Shown here in pieces: positions 14,134 to 25,039 of a stretch of 64,000 nt of DNA; position 1 is the stretch's first letter; the number at the start of each line of letters is the position of its first letter. A program made the translations under genes and the position numbers. The stretch is from the human T2T-CHM13v2.0 reference genome, Homo sapiens: the NCBI RefSeq assembly GCF_009914755.1, contig NC_060925.1, one strand, 5' to 3'. The notes beneath the pieces are model-generated. The model ran no database searches. It was given only the letters and a program-made list of their open reading frames with translations, and was not told the DNA's origin.

Positions 14134-14435
14134 TTATTTATTTATTTTTTTTTGAGATGGAGTTTTGCTCTGTCGCCCAGGCTGGAGTGCAGTGGAGCGA
14201 TCTCGGCTCACTGCAAGCTCCACCTCCCGGGTTCACGCCAATTCTCCTGCCTCAGCCTCCCGAGTAGCTGGGACTACAGGCGCCCACCACCGTGCCTGGC
14301 TAATTTTTTGTATTTTTAGTAGAGACAGGGTTTCACCGTGTTAGCCAGGATGGTCTCGATCTCCTGACCTCGTGATCCGCCCGCCTCGACCTCCCAAAGT
14401 GCTGGGATTACAGGCGTGAGCCACTGAGCCCAGCC
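14134..14435 (-). mobile_element. AluY, full length
   Basis: Y diagnostics (caagctcc, ttcacgcc, ccgtgttagccaggatgg). 16-bp TSD tgttattcattatttt at 14118-14133 and 14436-14451. Confidence 0.96.
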
Positions 14436-14749
14436 TGTTATTCATTATTTTATGTCGTTAAGAAAATAAAAGTATAAATTAAAAATCTTTATTTATCTCA
14501 ATTTCGTGTTGAATGTACTTTAAACTGTCTGTGTACAGAACACCCATTAAATGCATCTACTTGTTTTGGAATTCTGTGAATATTTGAGACACCAAGAATA
14601 AGGTTTATATCAATACACAGAGTGTTTAAGTAAAGTCTAATTCCAGATATATTTAACCCAGTTAGAAAAAAAACTGTCTATAGAGGTGCATGATTTCAAT
14701 TATATTTATTCTGCTTGTTCATTTATTTAATTTATAAAATTTGACTTAT

Positions 14750-15200
14750 TTAACTTAATTTTTAAACAGTTTTAATTTTAATTTGCAATTATAAAATGTT
14801 GCAAAATCAGGACAAAGAATTCTCACATGCCATATGCTCAGCTCCCCCATATGTTAACATCTTACATAGCAAGAGTACAATTTTCAAAACTGGGAAGTTA
14901 GAACTGATGTGAAGCTGTAAGTGATTAATCCACACATGGGATGCTCATTTTGTCATTGTCTCTTTCTACTGTCTTGTCTTCTGTGTCTGAATTCATTTAA
15001 TTGTTATATCTTCTTAGCTTCATTTATTCTGGAATATTCCACAGTCCTTTTATTCTTTCATGATGTTGACACTTCTGAACAGCACTGGCCAGTTATTTTG
15101 TACAATGTCCCTCTGTTTTTATTTAATTATTCCTCATGATAAACTTCAGGTTATACATTTTTGTGCCTTTTATTTTTAGATATTTTATGATGTGTTATTT
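14750..15200 (-). mobile_element. Ancient L1MC/ME 3' end fragment
   Basis: ttgcaaaatcaggacaaagaattctcacatgcc...gttaacatcttacatagc is an antisense L1MC4/5-like 3' end. Confidence 0.7.
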
Positions 15201-15343
15201 CATTATTTCATATTTAACTACCTTGAAGCTCACTTACAAGACTAATAATTTATTGCATTTTGCCATTTCATTTAAATTTGCTTGAGTGAAAAAATAGTAT
15301 AAAGGAAAAGTTCTTTTTTTCAAATTGTGAACAATTGTTTCAC

Positions 15344-15433
15344 TTTTTTCTTTTTTTATATTCATTGTGTACATGTGCTGGTTTGTTACATAGGTATATT
15401 GTGTGATGCTGAGGTTTGGGATGTGATTGATCC
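15344..15433 (-). mobile_element. Short L1PB-type 3' end fragment
   Basis: T-tract followed by tacatgtgctggtttgttacataggtatattgtgtgatgctgaggtttggg. Confidence 0.8.
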
Positions 15434-15653
15434 AATTCCTGTGCTCAAGCAATCCTCCCACCTCAGCCTCCTGAGTTGCTACAACTACAGGTGTGCACCA
15501 CAACATCCACAAAATGATTTTATTTTGCATATTTTTAGAGATGGGGCCTCCCTTTGTTGTCCAGGCTGGTTTCAAATTCCTGGACTCAAGCAATTTTCCT
15601 GCCTAAGCATCCTAATTAACTGAGTTGATAGGTGTGAGCCACTGCACTCCGTT
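15434..15653 (-). mobile_element. AluJ lacking the 3' part of the right arm
   Basis: J-type motifs ctcaagcaatcctcccacctcagcc and tcctggactcaagcaatt. Fused directly to the L1 fragment. Confidence 0.85.
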
Positions 15654-16019
15654 AAGAATAAACTTCTTAATAACTGGGATTTTAAGGGAATTCTATTTGT
15701 TCATTATTAACTTTTCCACTCTGTGGAATATTATAGCTGTATTTCTATTTTACTATATTTTCATTGTTTCTGAATTGTATGTTACTTCTTGCTGTTGTAA
15801 GTTTGAGACAGAACCTCAATGTTACTATAAAAAACACATAGGAATGTTCAGGTAATGTGATCTTTCCATTGATCTATTCATTATATTAATTGATAATTTA
15901 TAAAATAAATCTATGCATTGTAATTGAATTAGTAAAGAATTTTAAATCCATTTTAGACTACCAAAATGTGTTTTCAGAAAAGAAAAATAGTTCAGTTTTT
16001 CAAAATATGTTTTTGTTTG

Positions 16020-16530
16020 TTTGGTCCAAGGAAAGAGGGACATCAGGAAGGATGGGAAAAGAAGAAGCCACAAAGCCCTATTTCCTTCCTATAAAGTCTT
16101 GGTAGGAAAAAAAGGGTCCACTACCACTTGTAGCTAGGAGCAGGAAACCAGACTGAATTGGGAGCCAGTGACAACCAGAAGCACGGACCACACTGCAATC
16201 ATTTTCAAGGAAGATAGAGTAGCAATGAGGCAATATTATGTCCTCAGAGAGGCAGTGGCAGCACTGACAAGCAAACTTGACAATTGTCATCCAAAGCCAA
16301 TGCCTGTGGGTACAGCATTGCAATCTCTATGGTCAAAAGTGTTGTGGCCCCACTGGAAAGTCCTGGAGTATGTTTGCTGTGACCGTTGATGTTTTGCCAT
16401 CTCTTCTTCCTGTTTTATCATCCATGCCCATTTCTGCAGGTTTCTTTGCATTTCTGCATTGGTAAATGCTTTTTTTAATGCTTAAGTCAGATTTCTCATG
16501 TGCTCAACCATAAATGCTGGTTAATACCCC
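16020..16530. mobile_element. Possible ancient ERVL/MaLR LTR
   Basis: GC-richer block ending in an LTR-like terminus (caaccataaatgctggttaataca). Family uncertain. Confidence 0.35.
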
Positions 16531-16782
16531 TAGTAAGTGACATGACTAGAAATTTGATGTTTTTCTCAGTTGGTTTTAAATATGTTTTATACACTGCTTA
16601 ATTTGCATGGTGCTGTATATTGTCTTGACATCCATCTATACAGTTGTGAGTTTTTAATATTAGCAGATTACATTTAACATATTATCACTGTATAGTATAT
16701 CTGCACACACACACATTCCAAAACAAAAGTTTTAAATATATGCATTAAAACTTACCATGTAATTAAGTTTTATAATTTAAAG

Positions 16783-17098
16783 CAGGAGTCCCCATTCCCT
16801 GGGCTGCAGACCAGTATTGGTTTGTAACCTGTTAAGAACCGGGCTACACAGCATGAGGTGAGTGGTAGGTGAGCTCTGCCTCCTGTCAAATCAGAGGCAG
16901 CATTAAATTCTCATAGGAGCCCAAACCCTATTGTCAACTGTGCATGTGAGAGATTGGATGGCCTGCTCCTTATGACAATCTAATGCCTGATGATTTAAGG
17001 TGGAACAGTTTCATTCTGAAACACCTCCCTCCCCTATCCCATGAAAAATTGTCTTTCATGAAACTGGTCCCTGGTGCCCAAAATGTTGGGTACTGGTG
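16783..17098 (+). mobile_element. MER1B hAT-Charlie element
   Basis: caggagtcccc...aaactggtccctggtgcccaaaatgttgggtactggtg. 8-bp TSD atttaaa(g/a) at 16775-16782 and 17099-17106. Confidence 0.88.
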
Positions 17099-17429
17099 AT
17101 TTAAAATACTTTGGGAGATTACACACTAATCTCAAAAAGCCAGTCAATTGCTAGAATATTTTGTATATATTAATTTAGAATAAAGTAGAAATCAGTCTCT
17201 ATTTTATCATTCTGCTATTCTGCAACCTCTTTCCCCTGTTTTTTAAATGGGTATTCCTTGCATTGGTCATTTTTATATTTATCAAACCAAATCTCAGGAC
17301 ATTTATATTTATAAAATTAAATCATTTTTAAAGATGACCACTGGCTGTCATTGTCTATATACAAAATTCTATATGAAGACCTTTGGTGACCATGCATCTC
17401 TGCATCCTGGCTCTTGGCAAGTTTTCTTT

Positions 17430-17760
17430 CCCAAATGGGACTTTTACTTGGCCTGGCAGTTATCACTATCTTACTCTTGAAATGGTACCTCCTTGAAGGT
17501 TGCTTTTTGGAACCCAGCCCTTATGCTATCAGGACTCTGCAGCAACGAGAAGAAGAGGCCACTGAAAGAGAATCCAGCCTCTCTGGTCAACAGCAGTAGC
17601 TTAACCCTCCGTCAAGCCTACGGTTGGATACGATTGCCCTGAAGTCCCATCTAAGTCCACATGGAACAGAACAGTCCAGTAAGCCCACATGAGGCTGACA
17701 AACAGTAAGTCATCACTCTAAATCATCAAGAAGTGGGATGGTTGTTACACAACTGAAACA
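17430..17760 (+). mobile_element. MLT1-type (ERVL-MaLR) LTR fragment
   Basis: ggaacccagcc...ccacatggaacaga...gggatggttgttacacaactgaaaca matches an MLT1-type 3' terminus. Confidence 0.65.
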
Positions 17761-19529
17761 AGTCCTAAGCAAATGCTTGTTGTTTAGAAATCAACAGGAA
17801 AAAGATAACCATATAAATTGTGTTTTTATTTTCAGCTTCCCTTTTTACTTTCATGGCTACCCCCAGGTATTATAGCATCTTTTTCAATATATTTTTCCTA
17901 TTTACATATATTTTCTCCAGTGACACTTTAATTTTTTCTAAAAGGGTCTACTATACTACACTTTTTAAACTAATGTCAATTACCAAAGACTTTCACTGCC
18001 TCTTTCTTCTTTTAAGATTTTAAAATTTGAAACGTTATATTCTTTAAAGCAGCACAAACTAACAAGCCAACAACTTGAGAAAATATATTATGTATATTTT
18101 AATTTTTATAATATAATCATTATATTACATGATGACAAAGTAAATCAATTTTTCTCACCCTTGTCTTCATATTCCTCTTCTGTCTATCTAATCACAAAGA
18201 CAATCAAATATCAATTCAGTGTTTAATGCAGAGGAAAAAATTTATGTAAGAGGTTATAACTGACAAAATGAAACTATACAATCTTTTGAAACATAGCATA
18301 AAGTTTTAAATATTAGATTCATTAATATGAAAATTGATTCTGTCTTTTTATTATATTGACCCTTTAGGCTTAATAAGACCAACCACCACCCCCAAAATTA
18401 AAATAAAACCTGGCTCTACTTCCAGTATAAGTACCAATAGCTGAAGCTCGTGGCATTACTAAGTAATTGTACTTACGGCTATATGATCTATTATGCTTCT
18501 CATTGTGTGAAACTCTGCCTACTTAAAGCTATATTTTATTTTTCTTCCATCGTGAAGATCAGATCTAGAGATGATCCAGAGAACAGCTTTAGTTAACAAG
18601 AAGGACTCTTATTTTTTCCACCCATGACCAGGCAATTTTTTTTACTTGTTCTTTCTGTACGCTGTGTAACCTCACATCAAAGCATGTTTCCAACTCTGCT
18701 AAGTGACACTTTATTGTATCTAAATCTGAATAGGGCTTACTCTCTGCCCTTATTTGTAACCCTTACCTGACCTTTTCCATGTTAGCTTGCAGTTGCATTA
18801 TCACCACCACGATGACAGCTCCATTTTGTTTTTTTAGCTGTCATTTTCCCAACATTCCATTAGTTCTTCAGATTGCCTTGTGCTTCCAACGAATCATTAC
18901 AACATATTTATTGATTAGACTTCTCTCCAGATACAAGGTGTTTAAACATGAGTTATCAAGATAAAACAATACATATTTTATGTTTATTTTGATACAAAAA
19001 AATCTATTTTCCAAATTAAGTAATACTCTCACATGAATTTACTATTACCTATTCAGCCAAATATTCCAGCAAGTCAACTTATAGGTTACAGAAACTTTTG
19101 AAAGAAGTCCATTAAGTAATTTAAAGGTATTTGCTAACTGAAGTTTTCTATTTTTATTACCTAAGAATAGGGTCGGCCTGTACAATTATAAATAAATCAT
19201 GCATCTTTAAGCTTACTGAATTTTTAAAAACTTTTCATAATTTAAAAGTTATATGATCCATTATATGTTTATTTTGTCATTATTTATGCTACATAATATC
19301 TGTGTACAAATCACAAAATTATATTGAACCCAACAGAACTTATGTAAGATAGGAAGGGGATATATTGCCAGGTAATTTTGGAACTCCAGAAATTGTCTTT
19401 GAGTGTGGAAACAGGAGTCCTAAAGCCACCCACATACCACCACATGTTAGTTTCTTTCAATTTCTCTGCATCATGTTTAGTACCTTGTAAATAATATTTT
19501 GTATGAACAATGCACCAAGTGAAATAGAC

Positions 19530-19707
19530 GAATTGAGCTGCAGAGAGACTGATAAAACCAAGAGGCAAGGATTCTCAAAGGAGAGTATCTCAGAGAAGAG
19601 TGGTGGAAAAAGGTAGAAATCTGGAGATCTACATAAGATCGCCTTCAGGTACTCAACTGACTATTGATTCTTGCATGAATGTATAGACACTATCTAACAT
19701 ATGGAAA
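19530..19707 (+). repeat. 178-bp inverted duplicate of 21166-21343
   Basis: Manual reverse-complement alignment is ungapped with 13 mismatches (~93% identity). Confidence 0.95.
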
Positions 19708-20060
19708 AAAAGATTTTTTATAGGAAAAAAGAAAGATTTTAAAGTAAGATTTTGTATAATTTAAACTTTCAATCATTGACATTTATGACAAAGATTTTAA
19801 TATATTTGCAGAAAAAGTCACTCTTGAACATCTCTTTCATTTGTGCTATCAATTTGCCTCAATGTTTTGACTGCAGGTACCATAATATTTCAACATTATA
19901 TCTGGAAATTTTTTTGATACTCACTTCTTTCTAAATCTAGCTATCATTATAATTATTTGAATAGTAGGAATCATAATCACCATAATTTATTGAGTTACAA
20001 AATTCAAGAATGACTGATTATAACAGGTTTAAATTTTACCACAGTTTACATCACATGTAC

Positions 20061-20130
20061 CAGTAGAATATATATATTCTACTGTAGATATTCTACTACA
20101 TATATTCTACCAGTAGAATATATATATATA
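20061..20130. repeat. Perfect 24-bp palindrome plus a mosaic of direct and inverted copies
   Basis: cagtagaatatatatattctactg (20061-20084) is self-complementary. atattctac/gtagaatat recurs to ~20130. Confidence 0.9.
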
Positions 20131-20199
20131 CATTATGTATAGAATATATATACACACGCATTATATATAATGCTTATATATCACATAATACCTACATGT

Positions 20200-21545
20200 A
20201 TGAATAGATGACTAGAAGTGATAAGAATATATGTCCTTGTCTGATCTTAGGTTAATAACATTCACTTTTTCATCACATAGATGGCCTCTATCTTATTTAG
20301 GACACTCCCTTGCACTCCTACCTTATAGAAAATTTTGAACAGGCATAGGTGTTGGATTTAGTCAAATGATTTGTCCAAGTATATTGAAATGATATACCAG
20401 ATTTATCCTTAAGTATTGCGTATTTTGAGATATTTTGATACATTTTTAAATTCACTAATTCTTACTCAATATTTAATCAGTTGTTTATCTTATCCATGGA
20501 GCACTCTCATCACACATTGAAGTTTTCATCTTTATAAGATTAATTTGGAAGATATATACATATGTGTGTGTTTATATGTATGTGTATACATATATCCCAA
20601 TTATAATTTATATGATTATACTTATACAATTATAAATAGTATTACATTTATAACTAAAATCAAAATGGTTATTATAAATATTCCATGTGTTTAAAAAGTT
20701 ATGAAATATTTATAATAGCTATTTTGATTTCCTTATCTGATTTTAAGATATCTATTTCAGTTCTGGTTTGATTTTGATTTATTTCTTCATGACACGTTGG
20801 TGTTTTCAACTTTTTGCATGCCTAATAAATTTTGACTGGATGTTAGATACTGTGAGTTTTACTTTGTTTGTTGTTGGACAATTTTATATTCCTTAAACGC
20901 GAAGTTTTGTTCAGGGATGCAATTAATTCACACAGAAATAGTTGGATCCTTTGTGTGTTGGCTTTAAGATATTTTTTTCTTCAGGTCTGGAGCAGAGCTT
21001 AGACTAGTTCTAATTATCTGCAACTACTAAGGTAAGAGTCTTTGTGTACTTCACTCTATGCCCCATGAATCTGGAGACTTTCCATTTTGGCTAGTGGAAA
21101 TGTACACTATTTCTGACCCTGTATGAACACAAAGCATTTTTAGTTCTAATCCTTCTGACTATTTCTTTCCATATGTTAGAGAGTGTCTGTACATTCGTGC
21201 AAGAATCAATAGTCAGTTGAGTACCTGAAGGAGATCTTACACAGATCTCCAGATTTCTCTCTTTGTCCACCACTCTTCTCTGAGATACTCTCCCTTGAGA
21301 ATTCTTGCCTCTTGGTTTTATCAGTCTGTCTGCAGCTCAATTCAGGCAATCTTCCAGGCTCAGTCTTGACTCTCTCTCCTTGTATCCAAGTCAAGAAACT
21401 CTTCTACCAGTAGACACTGCTGTCTGTTACCTGACATATAGTATCTTGTAACTCATTTTTTCTATATATTTTGTACAATTTTAGTTGTTTCACATAGTAA
21501 GATAAATCCAGTACAAGTTCATCTTGTCCAAAAGTGGAATTCTCT
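20200..21545 (-). mobile_element. Ancient L1M fragments (ORF2 piece, then ORF1/5' region)
   Basis: ccttgtctgatcttagg and ggtgttggatttagtcaaatg (ORF2 antisense); ttttgcatgcctaataaattttgactggatgttagatactgtgag (L1M 5' antisense). Confidence 0.7.
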
Positions 21546-22173
21546 GCATTTATATAAAATAAAAGATGAGTATGATATACTATCTAAGAATATCAACTGG
21601 CACATTTTCTTTCTGAAAACATTTCTTTAAAAATATCTGTTTCTAGATAAAATTAGTTAATAACATTGGACTTCTTTCTTACTTCCTTATTTAACAAATT
21701 GCATCTGTTCATAGTAGACTTCTGTCATGTTTGGGAGTGAGAGTGTCAGAGGGTGAGCTACAGCTTCATGAAGATGAGAGCCAAACTACTCCAAGAGGGG
21801 AAAGGAAATATGAATTGGCATTAAAGAAAGCAGAATAAAACAACCTTATAAAATATTTAAAAGGCTTCTGGGTTTATAAAATTTGGAGTAGAGATGAGAA
21901 TCTCTGTAAAAATGAAACACATAAAAGACAGTAGCTTTTGGAGAAGTAAAGAAAATTAAAATAGTATTTAATATTCACGCTAAAATCAAGTACAGGATTC
22001 CATATAAGTATTGAGCTACTAAACGGTAGAATGTTTAATTTTCACAGGTTTATTCCATACTGTAACAGTATAAAAAGTATTCCATTCATCTTTTCCTAGA
22101 AAAATAGGGATTTGAAAAAAATATTTTATTATAGTTAAGCAAGACATTGGAAGACATGATAGATATTTTGATA

Positions 22174-22723
22174 ATTTTTTAAACTTTTATTTCAGGTTCG
22201 TGGATACATGTGAAAATTTGTTCCATAGGTAAACTCATGTCATGGGTGTTTGTGGTACATATTACTTCATTGCCCAGGAATACCTGGGCGATTTCATCAT
22301 CCGAAATTAAGACCAGCACTCAATAGTTATCTTTTCTGTTCCTCTCCCTCCTACCACCCTCAAGCAGACCTCAGTGTCTGATGTATCCTCCTTTGTGTTC
22401 AAAAGTTCTCATCATTTAGCTCCCACTTATAAGTGAGAACATGCAACATCTGATTTTCTGTTCCTGCATTAGTTTGCCCGCTAATGGCCTCCAGCTCCAT
22501 CTGTGTTCCCACAAAAGACATAATCTCATTCCTTCTTTGGCTGCATAATATTCCATGGTGTATATATACCACATTTTCTTTATCCATTCTGTCACTGATG
22601 GGCATTTTGGTTGATTCCATGTCTTTGCTATTGTGAATAGTGCTTCAGTAAACATTTGCATGCATGTATCTTTATGGTGGAATGATTTATACGCCTCTGG
22701 GTATATACCCAGTAATGAGATTG
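22174..22723 (-). mobile_element. L1PA13-16-type 3' end, 5'-truncated
   Basis: T-tail, then gtaaactcatgtcatggg...cccacttataagtgagaacatg. Minus-strand ORF 22416..22661 is the ORF2 C-terminus (WIKKMWYIYTMEYYAA). Confidence 0.9.
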
Positions 22724-24020
22724 CTTTTTCATTTTTTTAAATATCTAAACAATAGTGCTTTCTTGATAAAAGGTTAGTTTAAATGGATACAAAATTGCTG
22801 TGTAAAATAAGTGCTTTCAAAATACATTTCTATAGGTAGAGACTATCTCATAGTAAAAGAGCAGTTATCTATTATCAAATGTATCTATTTAGATTTGGGT
22901 AGTAAAGCCAAAGGGGATCAGAAGTGTAGCAGTGTGGGTCCTCCCTCCCTGCATAGCTGTTACAAGGAGGCAGCGTGCCTGAAGTACTTTCACTCATGTA
23001 TGTGGGGCTTTGTCACTAGCAAACTTGTTTTTCTTTTTTGCAGATTTTCCAGCAAAGTTATTAAATGTCAAACTCAAATAATGGACTCTGCATGGATGTA
23101 CTCTGAAGTCATGGAACACTTTTTCTTAGTTACCTTCACACAAGAAGCCATAACATATAGCTTTTGGCTATTTACAATTAAGCAACAATGAAGGGCAAAG
23201 TTAGCAAGAACACCAGATTATTTTCTGTAGCACATCTTCATAACTATTATTATTTAACTGCCTCATTTTATGTTTTTTCTAGCCCCCACAAAAAACAAAA
23301 AACCCTGTCTCATCCTCAGATTAAGCATTTTCTCCATCTCCCTACACAACCATTGTTTCCTTTCATCTGTCACTTTCTGGGGTTGGATTTCCCAACTTCC
23401 GTAGAAATGATAAAAAAGGCAACCGCTGGAGTGCACCACAGGGAGACACAAGAGGAAAGGTGACACTAAGGCTACAGTGCACAGAAAACAGACCAGGTGT
23501 GGCTTCAACTGTGCGCACCTGCCCACTAGCCTATGCTACAGATTTGAAATGTCTTTCACTTTGACATGACACACAGTTTATATTACACAAAATGAATGAA
23601 ATGACAATGGCTAAAAATAAATGAGACAGCCTGCATACAAAAAAGTGATTACTGCTACTTTCCTCCCATCAGAAAATGACTCAAAAAGAGAGTATTTAAA
23701 GGAAACCCAAATCAGGAGAACCCGGTAGGCATCAGAGGTTCAGGGCACCAAGGCCTTAGGGCAGGAACACTTTTCAACGCAATCCGGGCTTCAAGGGCAC
23801 GCCCACCAACAGACCCCAATTTCCACAGGGGAGGCAGATCTTCTATACCTACAGTTACAGAAAATACACTAAAGTGCAGTATAAAATATAAAAAGTTGGA
23901 TTCTGAATAGACCAACTGCTAATTTTCCTTAAAAAAATTTTTAATTTGGTTGAGTAAAAATAGTTTAGTGAATCTCATTTTGTAGGTAAGAATCCTATTT
24001 GCAATACGAAAACGAGCTCA
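22724..24020 (-). pseudogene. SEPTIN2: SEPTIN2 processed pseudogene: 3'UTR segment with poly(A) remnant
   Basis: T-tract 22724-22738 and minus-strand AAGAAA (22759-22764, probably a mutated AATAAA) ~20 nt upstream of it. Repeat-free, CpG-retaining sequence abutting the SEPT2 CDS piece. The terminus matches my recollection of the SEPT2 mRNA 3' end (not verified). Confidence 0.75.
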
Positions 24021-24227
24021 TGACTATTGTGCCTGTCATTGCAAAAGCTGACACTCTCACCCTGAAGGAACGGCAGCGGCTGAAGAAAAGGATTCTGGAT
24101 GAAATTGAAGAACATAACATCAAAATCTATCACTTACCTGATGCAGAATCAGATGAAAATGAAGATTTTAAAGAGCAGACTAGACTTCTCAAGGCTAGCA
24201 TCCCGTCCATCCAGAGATTGGATCCAA
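24021..24227 (+). pseudogene. SEPTIN2: SEPTIN2 processed pseudogene: inverted CDS fragment (GTPase domain, G4 AKAD region)
   Basis: Translates [60 protein letters not shown], nearly identical to septin-2 as recalled. Intronless, no native start codon. ttggatccaa (24218-24227) may be the out-of-frame VGSN codons. Confidence 0.93.
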
Positions 24228-24507
24228 CTGTCCAGGAAGCATCCTTGAAAATTCTGGGGATATAACTCTCATATACAAACACACTTATATACTCATCAAA
24301 ACAAAGAACAAAATATTAATATACAAATAAATAATCATATACATAAATACATATTCAGATTAGTAGTAAGTGGCAAGAAGGGAAAATAATAGGGTTTGGA
24401 AGCTAATGGTTAGAGTGGACGGTGACAATAACTACAGCAACCAGATATCTGAGTCGAAAATAATGACAATGAGTCAGTATGAAAAATTCCAGCCAAACAT
24501 TCTAGGC

Positions 24508-24708
24508 CAACAGCAACCATTGGGACTTCCAGCAATGATGAACATGTTCAATATATGTGATATCCAATATGCTAGTCATTAGGAACATGTGCCACCTGGC
24601 ACTAGAATTATGGCTGTTTAACTGAGAAATGAGAGTTTAATTGTCTTTGATTGATTTAAATTCAAAATACCCCAAGTAGCTAGTGTCTAATCTATTGGAA
24701 CAGCACAG
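24508..24708. mobile_element. MER3-like hAT-Charlie element
   Basis: ~200 bp ending agctagtgtctaatctattggaacagcacag. 8-bp TSD (t/c)tctaggc at 24500-24507 and 24709-24716. Confidence 0.75.
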
Positions 24709-25039
24709 CTCTAGGCCCAAGAACAATAGCTCTTCGTGTGGGAATTATTTAGCCACATTTGAGGAAAAGAAGAGAGATCAGTGTTAGTAGCTTACAGGAA
24801 GCATGGTTGAAATTGTACCAACATGGGAGTTTGGAAAGGAACAGGAAACATGCAGAGTGATCTAAGCCATGTTGAGTAGTAAGGTTTCAATCAAATTAAG
24901 GTAGCCATTGATGTTTTTAAAATTAATTTTATTAAGGTGGAGGGTACATAAAATAATGTTAATTTCTGTCTCATGATAGTATATATTTTCAAGAAGCAGA
25001 AACCACTCTGACTAGTTTAAGCAGAAATGGTAGAAATAT

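Noticed and set aside
22811-23463. Abutting 126-aa and 91-aa plus-strand ORFs that look operon-like
   Set aside because: They are antisense to the septin 3'UTR retrocopy, the first starts at GTG, and neither has a recognisable domain. They are chance ORFs.
23999-24265. 88-aa septin-containing ORF as a functional microprotein
   Set aside because: It covers only a fragment of the GTPase domain with chimeric ends and has no promoter evidence. An in-frame ATG exists at 24020, but nothing supports expression.
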